Positions 50,510 to 62,569 of a DNA stretch of 64,000 nucleotides are shown one piece after another (position 1 is the first letter of the stretch; each line of letters starts with the position of its first letter). The translations under genes were made by a program, and so were the position numbers. The stretch spans positions 3,543,060 through 3,607,059 of the forward strand of contig CM082583.2 in NCBI GenBank assembly GCA_040954595.2. Direction: 5' to 3'. The notes under the pieces were generated by a model. The model searched no databases and had not been told where the DNA came from. It saw only the letters and a program-made list of their open reading frames with translations. The stretch is from Balanoglossus misakiensis (taxonomy: Eukaryota > Animalia > Hemichordata).

Positions 50510-53500
50510 TACAGGCTCCAGACAAAGTTATATAAAAATTTCTGACACACTGCTTCAGCATTTTTGTCCAAAAAAGGTGAAAGCCAATGCAAAATGCATC
50601 ATTGACTAGTATAGCCAACCCACAATAGGTTACATGAACGTTTAGAATACTTTGAACCTGTTCAGCAGTTTCTCAGTAAAAGAATCTTTGGAAGAAAAAA
50701 AAATCAACTCAAGCAATTTTTGAGTATTTAATCAACATTCAGTAATGTGAATGCAACATTGGGCACTGGCCACTTTGTTCATTAGTTGTGCTAGGAATTA
50801 TCAAGATCTGAATTTTGGACTACGTTAAGAGGCTATTATCATTTGCACTGTGAATTCATTTTATAGGGGTTCGCCAGGGGTCACAATTAAGTCATCTAAT
50901 TCTGCCGAGTTTTGCCTCTGTTTTCTGTGTTCAACGAACAGAGGCTAGCGTTTCCCATTTTCACAGTGTGTAAGTTTTTCAGGTTACATCAAAATCAGAA
51001 TTAACCGCCAAGGATCTACTATTAACGCCTAAACTATACCTATACAATTAAATTTGCAGCTGAATAATAAATAAGCAATTCAATTTTTTGTAATAAGACT
51101 CATGTAAACCAATTCCTCTATTAGAAATCTTTGGGGGTATTATTTTGGTTCACCATTCTAGATTTAGACACTGCAAAAATAGTAACCATTATTATGAAAC
51201 TATTTACTTGTAGTTTGTTTTGTCTTAAATTTAAAAATTGCCATAAATTATGATTTTTTTAAAGAGTATCATTACATTATTTTGTAATCAAATAATGAAA
51301 AGTGGTGATGATTTATACATGGGCAAGTTAGCTCTATGTCATTTTCACATATTTGTACCATCCACTTTCTGCAATGTTGTAATTTATCCAACTAATAATC
51401 TAGACGTATGAAATACCCACCTGTAAAATTCGTCAGCCATGTACATACTATCAACATTAACCAATTCTGTAAAATTCGCATTTACCTGTTGATGGTAATA
51501 AAACGGTTATCCAAATTAGTCTGGTCTCAGAGTTCATTGTATTTTGCTGGAAATGTATCAAGTTGAAAACTGTCAACCTCTTAATGTATGTACAATAAGA
51601 CATCACATCAGGTCCAATAAGCAATATCATTCAAGGTAGAGTTATAGCTAATTACCAGGTCCAAGAAAGAAAGAGAAAAAATCACAATTTTAACAGAATC
51701 ATCCAGGCCAGAACCACTGCTAAGTGGTGCTACCAGGTGTGCGGAATGGGTAAGTGTACCCACTGAGTGCTAGCATGCTACAGCCGTCAAGACTGACCCC
51801 AAATTCAAATTGGCATAATCAAAAATAGCGTCAAGGACACTGTGGTCCCATTTGAGGACATAGCACATAGCAACATAGCAATAAGCATATCTGCTCTTGA
51901 TGCCAAGATATGGAAAAGTAGGTCAAAGGTCACCTGAGGTCATGCAAAATTTGGGCAAGAAATTTTGACCTTATACTGGTCCATATTCAATAAAACCAAA
52001 CCTATAGCCTTATTGGTTAGCCTGGAATTAGGTATGCACATAATTAATGAGATATGCAGGTTTCACAGATGACCCCCAATTTTGGCTTTTCAATTTTAGT
52101 CCCAACCCTCCAAACGCCAAGTCTGTACCTGCTCTGGATGCCAAGATATGGTAAAGTAGGTCAAAGGTCACCTGAGGTCATGCAAAATTTGGGCAAGAAA
52201 TTTTGACCCTGTACTGGTCCATTTTCCAACAAAAACCAAACCTATAGCCTTATTGGTTAGCCTGGAATCAGGTATGCACATAATTAATGAGATATGCAGG
52301 TGTCACAGGTGACCCATATTTTGGCTTTTCAATTTTAGTCCCAACCCTCCAAACGCCAAGTCTGTACCTGCTCTGGATGCCGAGATAAAGGAAAGTAGGT
52401 CAAAGGTCACCTGAGGTCACCCAAAATGTGGGCAAGAAATTTTGACCCTATACTGGTCCATGTCCCACAAAAACGAAACCTCTAGCCCTATTAGTTAGCC
52501 CGGAATTAGGTATGCACATAATTAATGTGTTAAGCAGGTGTTACAGGTGAGCCCATAAATTTGCCTTTTATTTTGGCCCCATTGTGCTCACTGACCAATA
52601 GACAGTCACTGTACAGGACTATTGCACAGACCAGAATTCCACAATAAGACGTGGACATAGCTTAACCATAGAGGTATAAGTAAAGGTATAAATTTAAAAA
52701 AAAAGACTAAAAAATTCATAAAAAATAAAACATCCATGATATCAACTTAACACTTACAGGTCGGTGTGAGGTTGACATAAGGTACATGCATGCCAATTTT
52801 CAAAGCAATCTGACCAGTAATTGTTAACTTACAGAGTTTTGATCAATTTCACATTTTACAAGCTAATTTGCATATTTTTGGGCCTGGCAACTTCGTTTGG
52901 ACAAACTCCCATCTACAGCCCTGCCTGCACCTACACACCAAATATTGTGGTGATACGCGCAGCGGTTTTCAAGTTTTTGATGTGGACGGACATACAGACA
53001 TACATCCATACATACATCCATCCATCCATCCATCCATCCATCCATCCATCCATACATACATACAGACGCAACCCATCCCATAAGGTCCCATGGTATATAG
53101 GCCTATACCAATGGGACCTAAAAATGGCTGCCGCACACCTTCTCTAAAATTAATATGGGTACCTAAGACATTTTCAACTTTTAATACCCCAAGTGACAAA
53201 TTCAAGTGAAATTTGGCTGGACTACCAATTACAGTTGTGAGTCCAATCCAGGAATGCTCTCACTCATCATTTGAGTAACAGATATGTCATATTTGGAAAC
53301 AAAATCACTATAATCTACCATGATAGAACTTTTTACATGGTCTAACCATTCGATGCTTTTGCAGAATCCTTGTTTCACTATAGAAGCTTGGTTGTTAATG
53401 AGTTGTGTCTTATTCTTAAGTACTCATACGCATTACAAGCCCATGTACAGGCTCCAGAGAAAGCTATATAAAATTTTCTGACACACTGCTTCAGTATTTT

Positions 53501-53634
53501 TGTCCAAAAAAGGTTAAAACCAACGCAAAATGCATCATTGACTAGTAGAGCCAACCCACAATAGGTTACATTAATGTTTTGAATACTTGGAACCTGTTTA
53601 GCAGTTTCTCAGTAAAAGAATCTTTGGAAGAAAA
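50510..53634 (+). repeat. Direct repeat pair (~188 bp): 50510-50698 and 53446-53634
   Basis: tacaggctccaga...ctgacacactgcttcag...agaatctttggaagaaaa occurs twice with scattered mismatches. Confidence 0.85.
51655..53125 (+). mobile_element. Helentron/HINE-like non-autonomous element with internal ~239-bp tandem array, (CATC/CATA)n microsatellite and 3' hairpin
   Basis: Units beginning gtaggtcaaaggtcacctgaggtca at 51918, 52156, 52395; microsatellite ~52990-53065; hairpin aggtcccatggtata...tataccaatgggacct (53083-53119) followed by aaaa. The 5' boundary is approximate. Confidence 0.6.
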
Positions 53635-53672
53635 TATAGCAGCAAGCAGCAATGGCGGGGCCGAAGCCGGAA

Positions 53673-54161
53673 TGGTCATCTGAGGTCACCCGAAATTTGG
53701 GCAAAAATTTATTGACCCAATACTGGTCCAGGTCCATCAGAAACAAACCTTCAGCCCTATTGGTTCGCTTGGAATTAGGTATGCACATAATAAATGAGAT
53801 AAGCAGATGTCACAGGTGGCCTCAAAATTTGGCTTTTCATGTTAGTCCCATCCCTGCAAACGCGATGGCTGTACCTCCTAGCTCCTCTGGATGCCGAGAT
53901 ATGGGAGAGTAGGTCAAAGGTCACCTGAAATTTGGGCAAAAATTTTGAGCCCATACTGGTCAAGGTCCAACATAAACCTAACCTCCAGCCCTATTGGTTC
54001 GCCTGGAATTAGGTAGGCACATAATTAATGAGTTAAGCAGTTGTACACGTGACCTCAAAATTCGGCTTTTCATTTTAGTCCCATCCCTCCAAATGCCAAG
54101 GCTGTACCTGCTCTGGAGGCCGAGATATAAGAAAGTAGATCAAAGGTCACCTAAGGTCACC
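53673..54161 (+). repeat. Two diverged copies of the ~239-bp unit
   Basis: Same ggtcaaaggtcacc / ggaattaggtatgcacataat motifs as 51890-52580. Confidence 0.85.
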
Positions 54162-54496
54162 CGATGGCAGGATGGTGTTATTGCTCCAACTGTCTATGGC
54201 TTTAATTTTTAAACAGGAAAATGACGACTTCCCACTCTTGAAGATGCAACATAGCTGCTTGTTAAATTTGAAAATTGTTTGTCATGACTCTCCCAGCTCA
54301 TATATATGCTGGCAAAATTTACATAGCTACTTTAGCACACCCACGACTGAAAGGAAAGGAAACCGTCATAGTAAAGACGAAATCTCGACCATCACAGAAA
54401 AACTCTATAAGTTTGTAAATCATGAAAATCATGCATAAATGGCATTAAAGTTTTTTATTCCTTCTCAGAAGAGAGGAAGTCATTTATGCCACTGAC

Positions 54497-55950
54497 CTGA
54501 TTTTGAAGGTGCCTCTGCATTCTTTCCAATACCTCTGTCTCACCTCCGGGATACAACGTTGGACCGATATCAGTGCTGTCCAATCCTAGATCTTCTAGAG
54601 ACACCATACCCCTGGTCATGGTCCTCGCCGACCGGTGTGATGCAGCCTGGGAAGGGAAAATGGCTTCACGTGAACATTGAGATAAACTTTCTCATTCACA
54701 AGTAGCTTAATAGCTTGTTGAGACATTTTAAAGTAACGCAAAAGTATATGAACCCCTCTATAGGGACTGAACAACTGTTCTGTGCCGTCGCCACTGCTCT
54801 CGGTCAGCTGCATGTACATCAAATCAGCACTTCTTTTTACAACGCAATAGCTGGGTGGCTTTGTTCATACAAAAGCAGAAGTGAAACCCATCTAAATTTT
54901 GTTGCGTTGTTCATGCAGCTACTACCTCCCATGTTCTGCTGTGTGATGGCAGGTTGTGGCTTTGCTGGGGGTCCAAGTTTGGATACAATGGTCTGCAGTC
55001 TTTTGTACTGTAGTGGTGGCTTGCCTCCATTGGCATCAATGATTCTAAAATGGTAAATTTAAATAAAAGTCAAAGTACATTTTCACAAATTGTTTCATCC
55101 CTCAATTCACAGGTGCCTATGATAAACACTCTTTGTTTCACCACAATTTGTTATACTTAAAACACTCCTTCATGACTTTGCCCCTCTAAATGTCATAATG
55201 TGGCAAAATTGTAGTTCATCTCACAACCATGCAATCTAAACAACAATCTAACCTAAAAAAATGAATCTCAAAAAGAAAACATTTCTGTATAATATCATCA
55301 TCATGATCATGTAAGAGATATATATACCTTTCCAAATCATAAAGCGCATGTGAAATTCTCTCAACAACTTCAACACCGTAAGACTTGGCAATCTACTTCA
55401 ATTCTGAGTCACGCTGGATTGAATAGGGTTCTGTGTCTGCTTCAAATGTCAGCCGTGTGATGTTCCATTCTTTGAAGATCCTTGGGAAAACTTCTGAAGG
55501 TTTTCCTTTCAAAACAAACAACCTGTTCATAGGAAGACATGCATTGCTGGTTATCAATTATTCAGGACACTGTTAGGTGTAACGTTTCAGATTTATCCCT
55601 TGGTCTGATGGAGGTCATGATGCTGGTTTGTCAATTTTAAGCCAATGCAGCAAAACTGCTGAGTCAGCGTTTTTTCCATCAATGTTCTTTCTGTGGTATA
55701 AAGTGTTGACCACACATATTCATTTGAACCCAGAATTTTATTTCTTTTGTGTCAGCTAAAAAATCCACAAAAGCAATGATCAACTGCACATCCCTGTCAA
55801 TTAGGCACAAGATACTTATAGTCATCAATTTCATTCAGTGGCAAGAACATACCTTGAACCAATTTTAATCAGACTGTCATCCAAGTCTTGAAGAGACTGC
55901 AAAAGAAATCTCCACCTGTTAATGCCGACTCTGCCTGATTAGACAGACCA
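54497..55950 (-). pseudogene. (6-4) photolyase/cryptochrome-family pseudogene, N-terminal exons only: ~55950-55853, 55522-55328, 55044-54926, 54646-54497
   Basis: Translation [66 protein letters not shown]...[30 protein letters not shown]...LYPGGETE; in-frame TAG at 55393-55395, probable TAA at 55939-55941, frameshift near 54600; no FAD-binding-domain exons found downstream. Confidence 0.88.
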
Positions 55951-57047
55951 TAGGGTAAGGGTTAAGGTATATTCAAGTGTTGGCATTTTTTCGATCCACG
56001 GCCGGCATCACCCCAAGCCATAAAGTTCCTTGTTCAAATCCACAAGCGGAGTACTGGGTTTATTAGCATACTGTTTGGAGTAGAAGAAGAAATTGCACGA
56101 TGACGAATTCTGAAAATAAAGCCAAAAGTTACAGCTAATGTCCATTCAAAATGTGCAGAAAATGGTGTTTACATTTTGCTTCTACTATTGTTCAACAAGA
56201 AAAGCCGTACCCGAATTGATATCGTTAGTTATGTCATCGATGTTGTCGATTACTTCGAATTCGTCGCTGATCTTGAACCATAACGTTTGCACAAAATCCT
56301 TCCATCCAGGTTCTTCCGTCCAGTCCACAAACGACCAACCGTTGGTCAAGCCATGTCTGCCAGACCCGGCAAATACTGTTCAAGAGCTGGTCTTGCAAAC
56401 GCTACATGTATATGTCAGTGCTTTTATAGACGCTTTTAATCGTCGGTTGTACAATCTCATCAGATTGAAGCTTGGGACCCTTTGGTTCAGAAGTCAAACT
56501 TGCTTTGTATGCAAATTATTACTTGTTTAGTTCTGGGGTTTCAGCCAAGTTTGGCCAATATATCAATGCCCCAAAATCAAATTGTGTAGATGCAAATAAA
56601 CATGTACCCACATGTCCTTACACTGTACGTTCACAAACCACATGTATTAGGGGGACTGTACTACTGTAAAACGGGTTATTTTCGCGACAGGAAATTTTCG
56701 CGATTGAGTTATGTAGAATTGTATGACGTGCACGTGTCGAACAGTCGCTTTGCACGTGACCAAATCGCACCTTTATATATCTATGGAAAGCAAAATGTGC
56801 ACGATACGTACGCTGGGTAACTGACCTGTAACTATCAGAACTGTTCCATTAACATAATGTTGTGTGGAGTTACTATACCAAGAAGTGTAAAACATGTTCT
56901 TGTAGCCTATACATGTAATAGTTCCTTTATTATAGTGTTAACAGCAAATTCTACGTGCCAAATCAAAGTAACTGAGTGTTGGACCTATATGTAGACTAGT
57001 GTACGTGAACACGTATTAGACTTCGGGTTCTTTTAAAGCTGTACTGT

Positions 57048-60000
57048 CTAACAAAATCCTGGACCCCAAAAGCCGCCGTACAGGGCCGGGTTGCAATTTG
57101 GGTCCTCATCCGGCCAGGAGACAGGAGCGAACTCCGCACGATATGCTTCCAGTTTGTCGTGTAGGAACTCCACCATCACGGGATTCTCGCCTGCCACGTT
57201 ATGCATTTCGTAGGGGTCATCTGAAATAAGATCGAGGGAAAGGAACCATGTAAGTCATCATCACTACGTCGACTCCATTAAGATATCTGAAAAGTGAAGA
57301 GTGGAGCACGACGGATTGATGGAACTCGATCTTAATCATGCTGTTTCCTTAATAGGAATTTGCTAAACTTCAGTTCCGTTACCAGCATTAAGAGATCTCA
57401 ATAGCAGAAAGCGAGGGTTGAATTGGAAGGAATGATGGTGCTTGGGCACTTTAAGTCACACCATTTATTTTAAAAGTCTTTTTAGGGCACTAGCCACAAT
57501 TTTTGGATATTTTCCATTAGTGTTGTTACTGTAGTACCTATATGTAACAACAACATGTTTGATTCCAGCATCAATATACAGGATGTAAACTAAACAAAGC
57601 CAAACCAGACCAAAAATACTAAAACAGCAGATTGTTGCTTGCTATTGGACTTTTCATCGTGTGAGTTACCCACCTCGCAAATTGAATAGCCATGTAGGAG
57701 TGGTCAGCTCATCTGTACTCGAGATGACTGTGCGTCCGTGGTAAGGAGTCTTGTACCAATGGAACACGTCTAAAAACAACACAACCTTCAGATCGCAACT
57801 CTTTGATGTTGCTAGTTTCGCGGTCTTTTAAGTTCACATTGTTAACTACGTGAACTCATATCTTACCGCTGTGTGTGTGTGTCTGTCTGTCTGTCCGTCT
57901 GAAAATCTGTGATTAGCTATCAATTTGCCATGGTAACTGTAGCTAAATATCCATAGGTGTCCCTTTAAAGGGGTTGCAACAAGATATATCGACGTACTTA
58001 CAAGTGGCCCACGGAACTCTAGAGACAACTGGATAACCCTCTATCAACTTCCAGTCACGATATCTGTTGAAAATATCCGTTCCATGATTTAGTCATCAGT
58101 ATTAAAAGACAGAAATCGCGGTTGCCACTTTATCTAACACGTTCTCAGCAATGATCAGGCGAGTGATTCAATCGCGTTGATTTTTAGTGCACGCCAAATT
58201 CTATTGCTCTCGGTGCCAGGTGTATAATAATTTTTAGCTCTGTGACGAGAATTATGTCAATAGTGTAAAAAGGCCTACACCGAGCTTCTAGTTCCCATAC
58301 CGTAAAGCTGCCACCTCGGTATCAGCTGGAATGTCTTCATCAACTGAAATCAGAAACTCTTCCCGGGGAGACTGGGCACCGGTGGACAAGGAATCCCAAA
58401 CATTGATCCCGTCAATATCGTCTGTACAAACGACAAACATCTAACTTTATAAATTGTCGCAAGAAGTCTGAGTTAACTCACAGAGGCACATCGAAAAGAA
58501 AATCGATGCTAATTGAAGGTGTGCTTCGTTGAAGTTGCAAAGATTCAAATCCACTCGGATTTATAAAATTCATGTCATTTTCAAATGGCGTTCGTATCGT
58601 TACGTATTAAAGTATCTGATCGGGCGCTCTGTATATCGAGTTTTTAGCAGCAGCCTCGTTTTGCGGCTTCACGCCGCCATTTTGTTTTAAACTTACGAGT
58701 GCATCAACTGGTCATTTTTTCAGCTGAGCCCGTGGGGGGGGGGGGGTCAAGCTCCTACAATGTATTCCAGGGAAGCATGCAACCTCTCCCCAAGATATAA
58801 AATTCAATGTTAACAATCAAACGTGCAAGCCATGCTCTGCAACTCACAGCTTATTGTAGTCTTGGCGACGGACTCCACTATGGTAGGTAAAATATCGGTC
58901 ACGTGATACAACCTGCGAACACATACCAAGTGCACTGTTGTATCACAGTGTGGTTGTATAAATGCAGAAAAAAACACTGAACTACGAATAACAAATTAGC
59001 ATTCACATTATCCAAGAGCTTAGTTGAGATCACAATATTGTAATTTGTAGACTCAATAATCCAGTGTCAATACATTTTACTTTATAGAAAATGAAACTGC
59101 GTGTGATTCACCTACCCGTGATGGAGGTATCCAGTTTTCTGGATTCCCTTTCCTGCAATCAGCCCTGTTGCCTTTATTCCTCCTTCGAAGTAGCTGCCCT
59201 TACTTCCCCGCAGCGGCCAGTTACTGGCGCCAACTCTGACATCGCCCCCATTCTAGTAACATGATCGTAAAAGCATAGAGGATGGGACGCGTCAGAGTGA
59301 AATCAGGGTACTACAGTGAGTAATCTATGCATAAAGTACGGTGGCCCAAAACTGCCATTTGTCCGCGTCGTGTGATTTCTCCTGAACTTGTCCACTCTGC
59401 TCTGCGGAGAAATCACATAACGCGTAGAATTGGCAGTTTCATGCCACCACATTAACCCTTTCACCCCCAGTTCCCTCTGTGGAGGTCCAACCTCACCATA
59501 GAAAACAATGGCTTTGGACTGAACCATGGTGGTGAAAGGGTTAATAAAGTGTGCAAGATGCCGTGGCTGGACAGGAACGTGCGAATGTCATGATCATTCA
59601 CTCACGTCTGAATGGAAGATGATCAAGGAATCTTCAAACATTCCCTTTTCTTCCAACTTGGCACGGATGGCACCAACTACCGAATCCATCAGGGTAACCT
59701 GGCCTGAAATAAGCGAGTGTCATGAATGGGGAAAACGATACGAACATTATGTTGGTGGATATGGATATTCAACTTTCCATATTTTAGAATACAATGTATA
59801 TAAATGATTCTTACTGTTTATGATAGCAGCGAAAATGTTCAAATGCACACATACTGCTATGAATTACTTTCATCTTTTAGATTCATCAGTATTCGATCTT
59901 CCCGGCCCCAAATGTAAATGTTTACTTGTAAATGGGTTACAGTGGCAATTCGGTGCAGGTTTCACTGAATATAGCTATAGTTTTAAACCATTCCACTGAC

Positions 60001-62336
60001 AGTTTCATACCAACAACAATAGCAGGGCGGATTTGCATGTCGAGGTCATGGAAAGGTTAATTTGCGATGAGAATATTGTATCTATTTCTTGCCTGAGTGA
60101 TTTCGCCGCAGTAAGTCCGACACAGTGTCTGCATACATGTCTGCCCACTCGGGCGGTACCTGTGGTCAAACAATACGTAATGTATTATAATCTTTAGAGA
60201 ATTGTTATCGATGTGTTAGCCCATACTATACAGCAATAAGATTTCTATTCATTCTCTGGGCAGCACCAGAACCACATATTGTCTGGTCATAGGCAAACAT
60301 ATCCAAACTCCCCCATTTTCAAGTAGGACGCCCTCATCAATGAAAATTAAAATGAAAGTAAAATAAAACCCTGGTGTACACCTCGGGTAATTGATATATT
60401 ATGACTAGCAGGTGAAACAGTTCGAACTCTTACCTGAGTAGGTGAGTGAACAAGATGGAACGACACAAAGAGAAACATGGGTTCCGACTCGTCATGGCTT
60501 TCCACGTACTCGATAATTTTGTCTCGGTAAAGATACTGTTAAAACAGAACAGACAAGGATGACCTCAACCATGTTCCAGACAGTGAAGGTAAAGGTATTA
60601 CAGTATTGCCTTTCATTAAAATTCAGACTGTGACTTGCTGAGCTGCATTGGCCACAATCTCGCGGTTGTGGCATAATTTTAATACGACCCGTACAGCGTT
60701 GATCATGAAGTCATTTATAAGCCATGTTAGCTACAATACCAATAATATCGTTAAAGTACATACGTTCGCTATCACGCCGCAGTAAAAGGGAAAACATACC
60801 GTAGAGTACACTGTATTATTAACTGGAGATGATGGCTGACCCACGATATCCTCGCGCAGGTCCATACCAAAATAAATCCCTGGTCGGTTTGGTGCTGAAA
60901 CAGCAACGTGGGTTCATTTCTATAAGTTTATTTTGCGGAAAGTGTAACTTTAATTCGGTGTAACGCGTTGGGCCATGTGGTGTTTGTTCCGTGTCACATG
61001 AGAATTGCTTAACTACGCGAGATCTCGAAGGATCTGGTGGAATTCGAAAAATGGTCTATTCACGTGGGGTGTGAACGAGTTGGGTGCGTGACGTCCTAAT
61101 CCTATGACCTGTAACTAGAACTATGTTATGTTAGACACCACACAGACACTTTCATGACAGAAAGATCATTCTGGAAATGTGCAATGCACTCAAAGCATAC
61201 AATAGCAAAAACGATTTCTTACCAGGAGAATCTGACAAGGTGTGTGTGTAATAATCCATTCCACCGGTGTAAAACCCAAAGAATTTGTCGACGCCACGGC
61301 TGTTGGGCAGGTATTCCTCTTTACAGAAACCCAGGTGCCATCTGAAAAAATACAGGTCGAACTGTCTCCATCATGCCATTGCCAACAGACCATTTCTCGA
61401 AATCCACGAGACCCTGCGATATCTGGCAGTCTAGGCAGTTTATGGGTGGACATTCTCATGTGACACAGGACAAACAACACGCGGCCAATCGTATTAAACG
61501 ACACAACAGTTTCAAGTTTGTTAACCTCTGCACATAATCTAGTTTCACACAAAGCTTGACTTGTACTACTTGGCCAGCAACCCGCTGCTATGGTAATTAA
61601 CCGAGTCTCGCGAGATCTCGCAGTGAGCGGAAAATCATCTATTGTATAAAAATCCACGGTGTACGTACTTGCCCACATAGTAAGTGCTATAGCCAACGTC
61701 CTTCAGCATCTCCGGCAGTATCTTTAAATCGGTCGGCAGGCCGTGCGGTCTGCACGGATAGAATATCAGGTGCTAAAATAACGAAGTTGAGAATTATTGT
61801 GATGAGGCGTTTATCAATTTATCCAGAATAAATAAATAAATAAATAGTTCTATATACATATAAATATAAACAAATAAACAGTACCGGTACATGAATATAT
61901 ACAAATATATATACATGTCTAAATAAATAACAAAATACTTAAAATGTATCAAAAATAATGTAAACATGATACACAAAATGATTAGCATTTTTCTCAGTTC
62001 CTTGTGTTGACCTACCTGAGTGCCAGTGCGCGATGGGTAGTAACCAGTCATGAGAGCAGAGCGTGTTCTGTCAAGAAATAAGATTTCATGATGTAACAAG
62101 GCAAATAATGCAGCAATGGCGTCGGACAACGTCAATTGGATGAACTTCTAGGGGATAATGTTTTTTCCACGAAAATCATCACAATGGAGCTTTACCTCTC
62201 GCTAATAGACTGTAATTCACTTACGGTGAGCACATGGCCATCGTGTAGAAGTTTTCTAGTATGACACCTTCATCGGCCATCCTCTGCAGATTCGGCGTTA
62301 TCATGCTGTCGTCATGCCAACTGACATCGTTCGAAC
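57048..62336 (-). CDS. Arylsulfatase B/I/J-like sulfatase, 5' exon(s) outside the window; exons 62336-62225, 62067-62016, 61772-61669, 61341-61223, 60894-60800, 60535-60434, 60159-60093, 59703-59606, 59252-59116, 58912-58848, 58421-58301, 58063-58002, 57769-57674, 57220-57048
   Basis: Sulfatase signature [102 protein letters not shown]-stop; all phases join without stops. Confidence 0.93.
59456..59540. mobile_element. 85-bp piggyBac-type MITE
   Basis: ttaa-ccctttcacc...ggtgaaaggg-ttaa. Confidence 0.8.
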
Positions 62337-62569
62337 CTTGGCATCAGAACAAGTGAAGTCCACATCAGCGAGGAGTTGACAATGCATATGTAACGCTGTC
62401 GTGTGTTTATTTATTTATTTACACTTAAAACAAGCGTCTGATTTACTCATTGAGTAATATTCATCGGGAGAATATATTGGTGCGGCACCCGTTTAATCTA
62501 TAACTTTTTAAAATTAGAACATACAGCCACAATTAGACGTTGATAAGACGTACATGTACACGTATGTAT

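Noticed and set aside
58274-58300. Apparent premature stop (YGN*KL) making the sulfatase a pseudogene
   Set aside because: It lies in an intron; a proper donor at 58300 and the exon 58063-58002 supply the intact YRDWKL motif.
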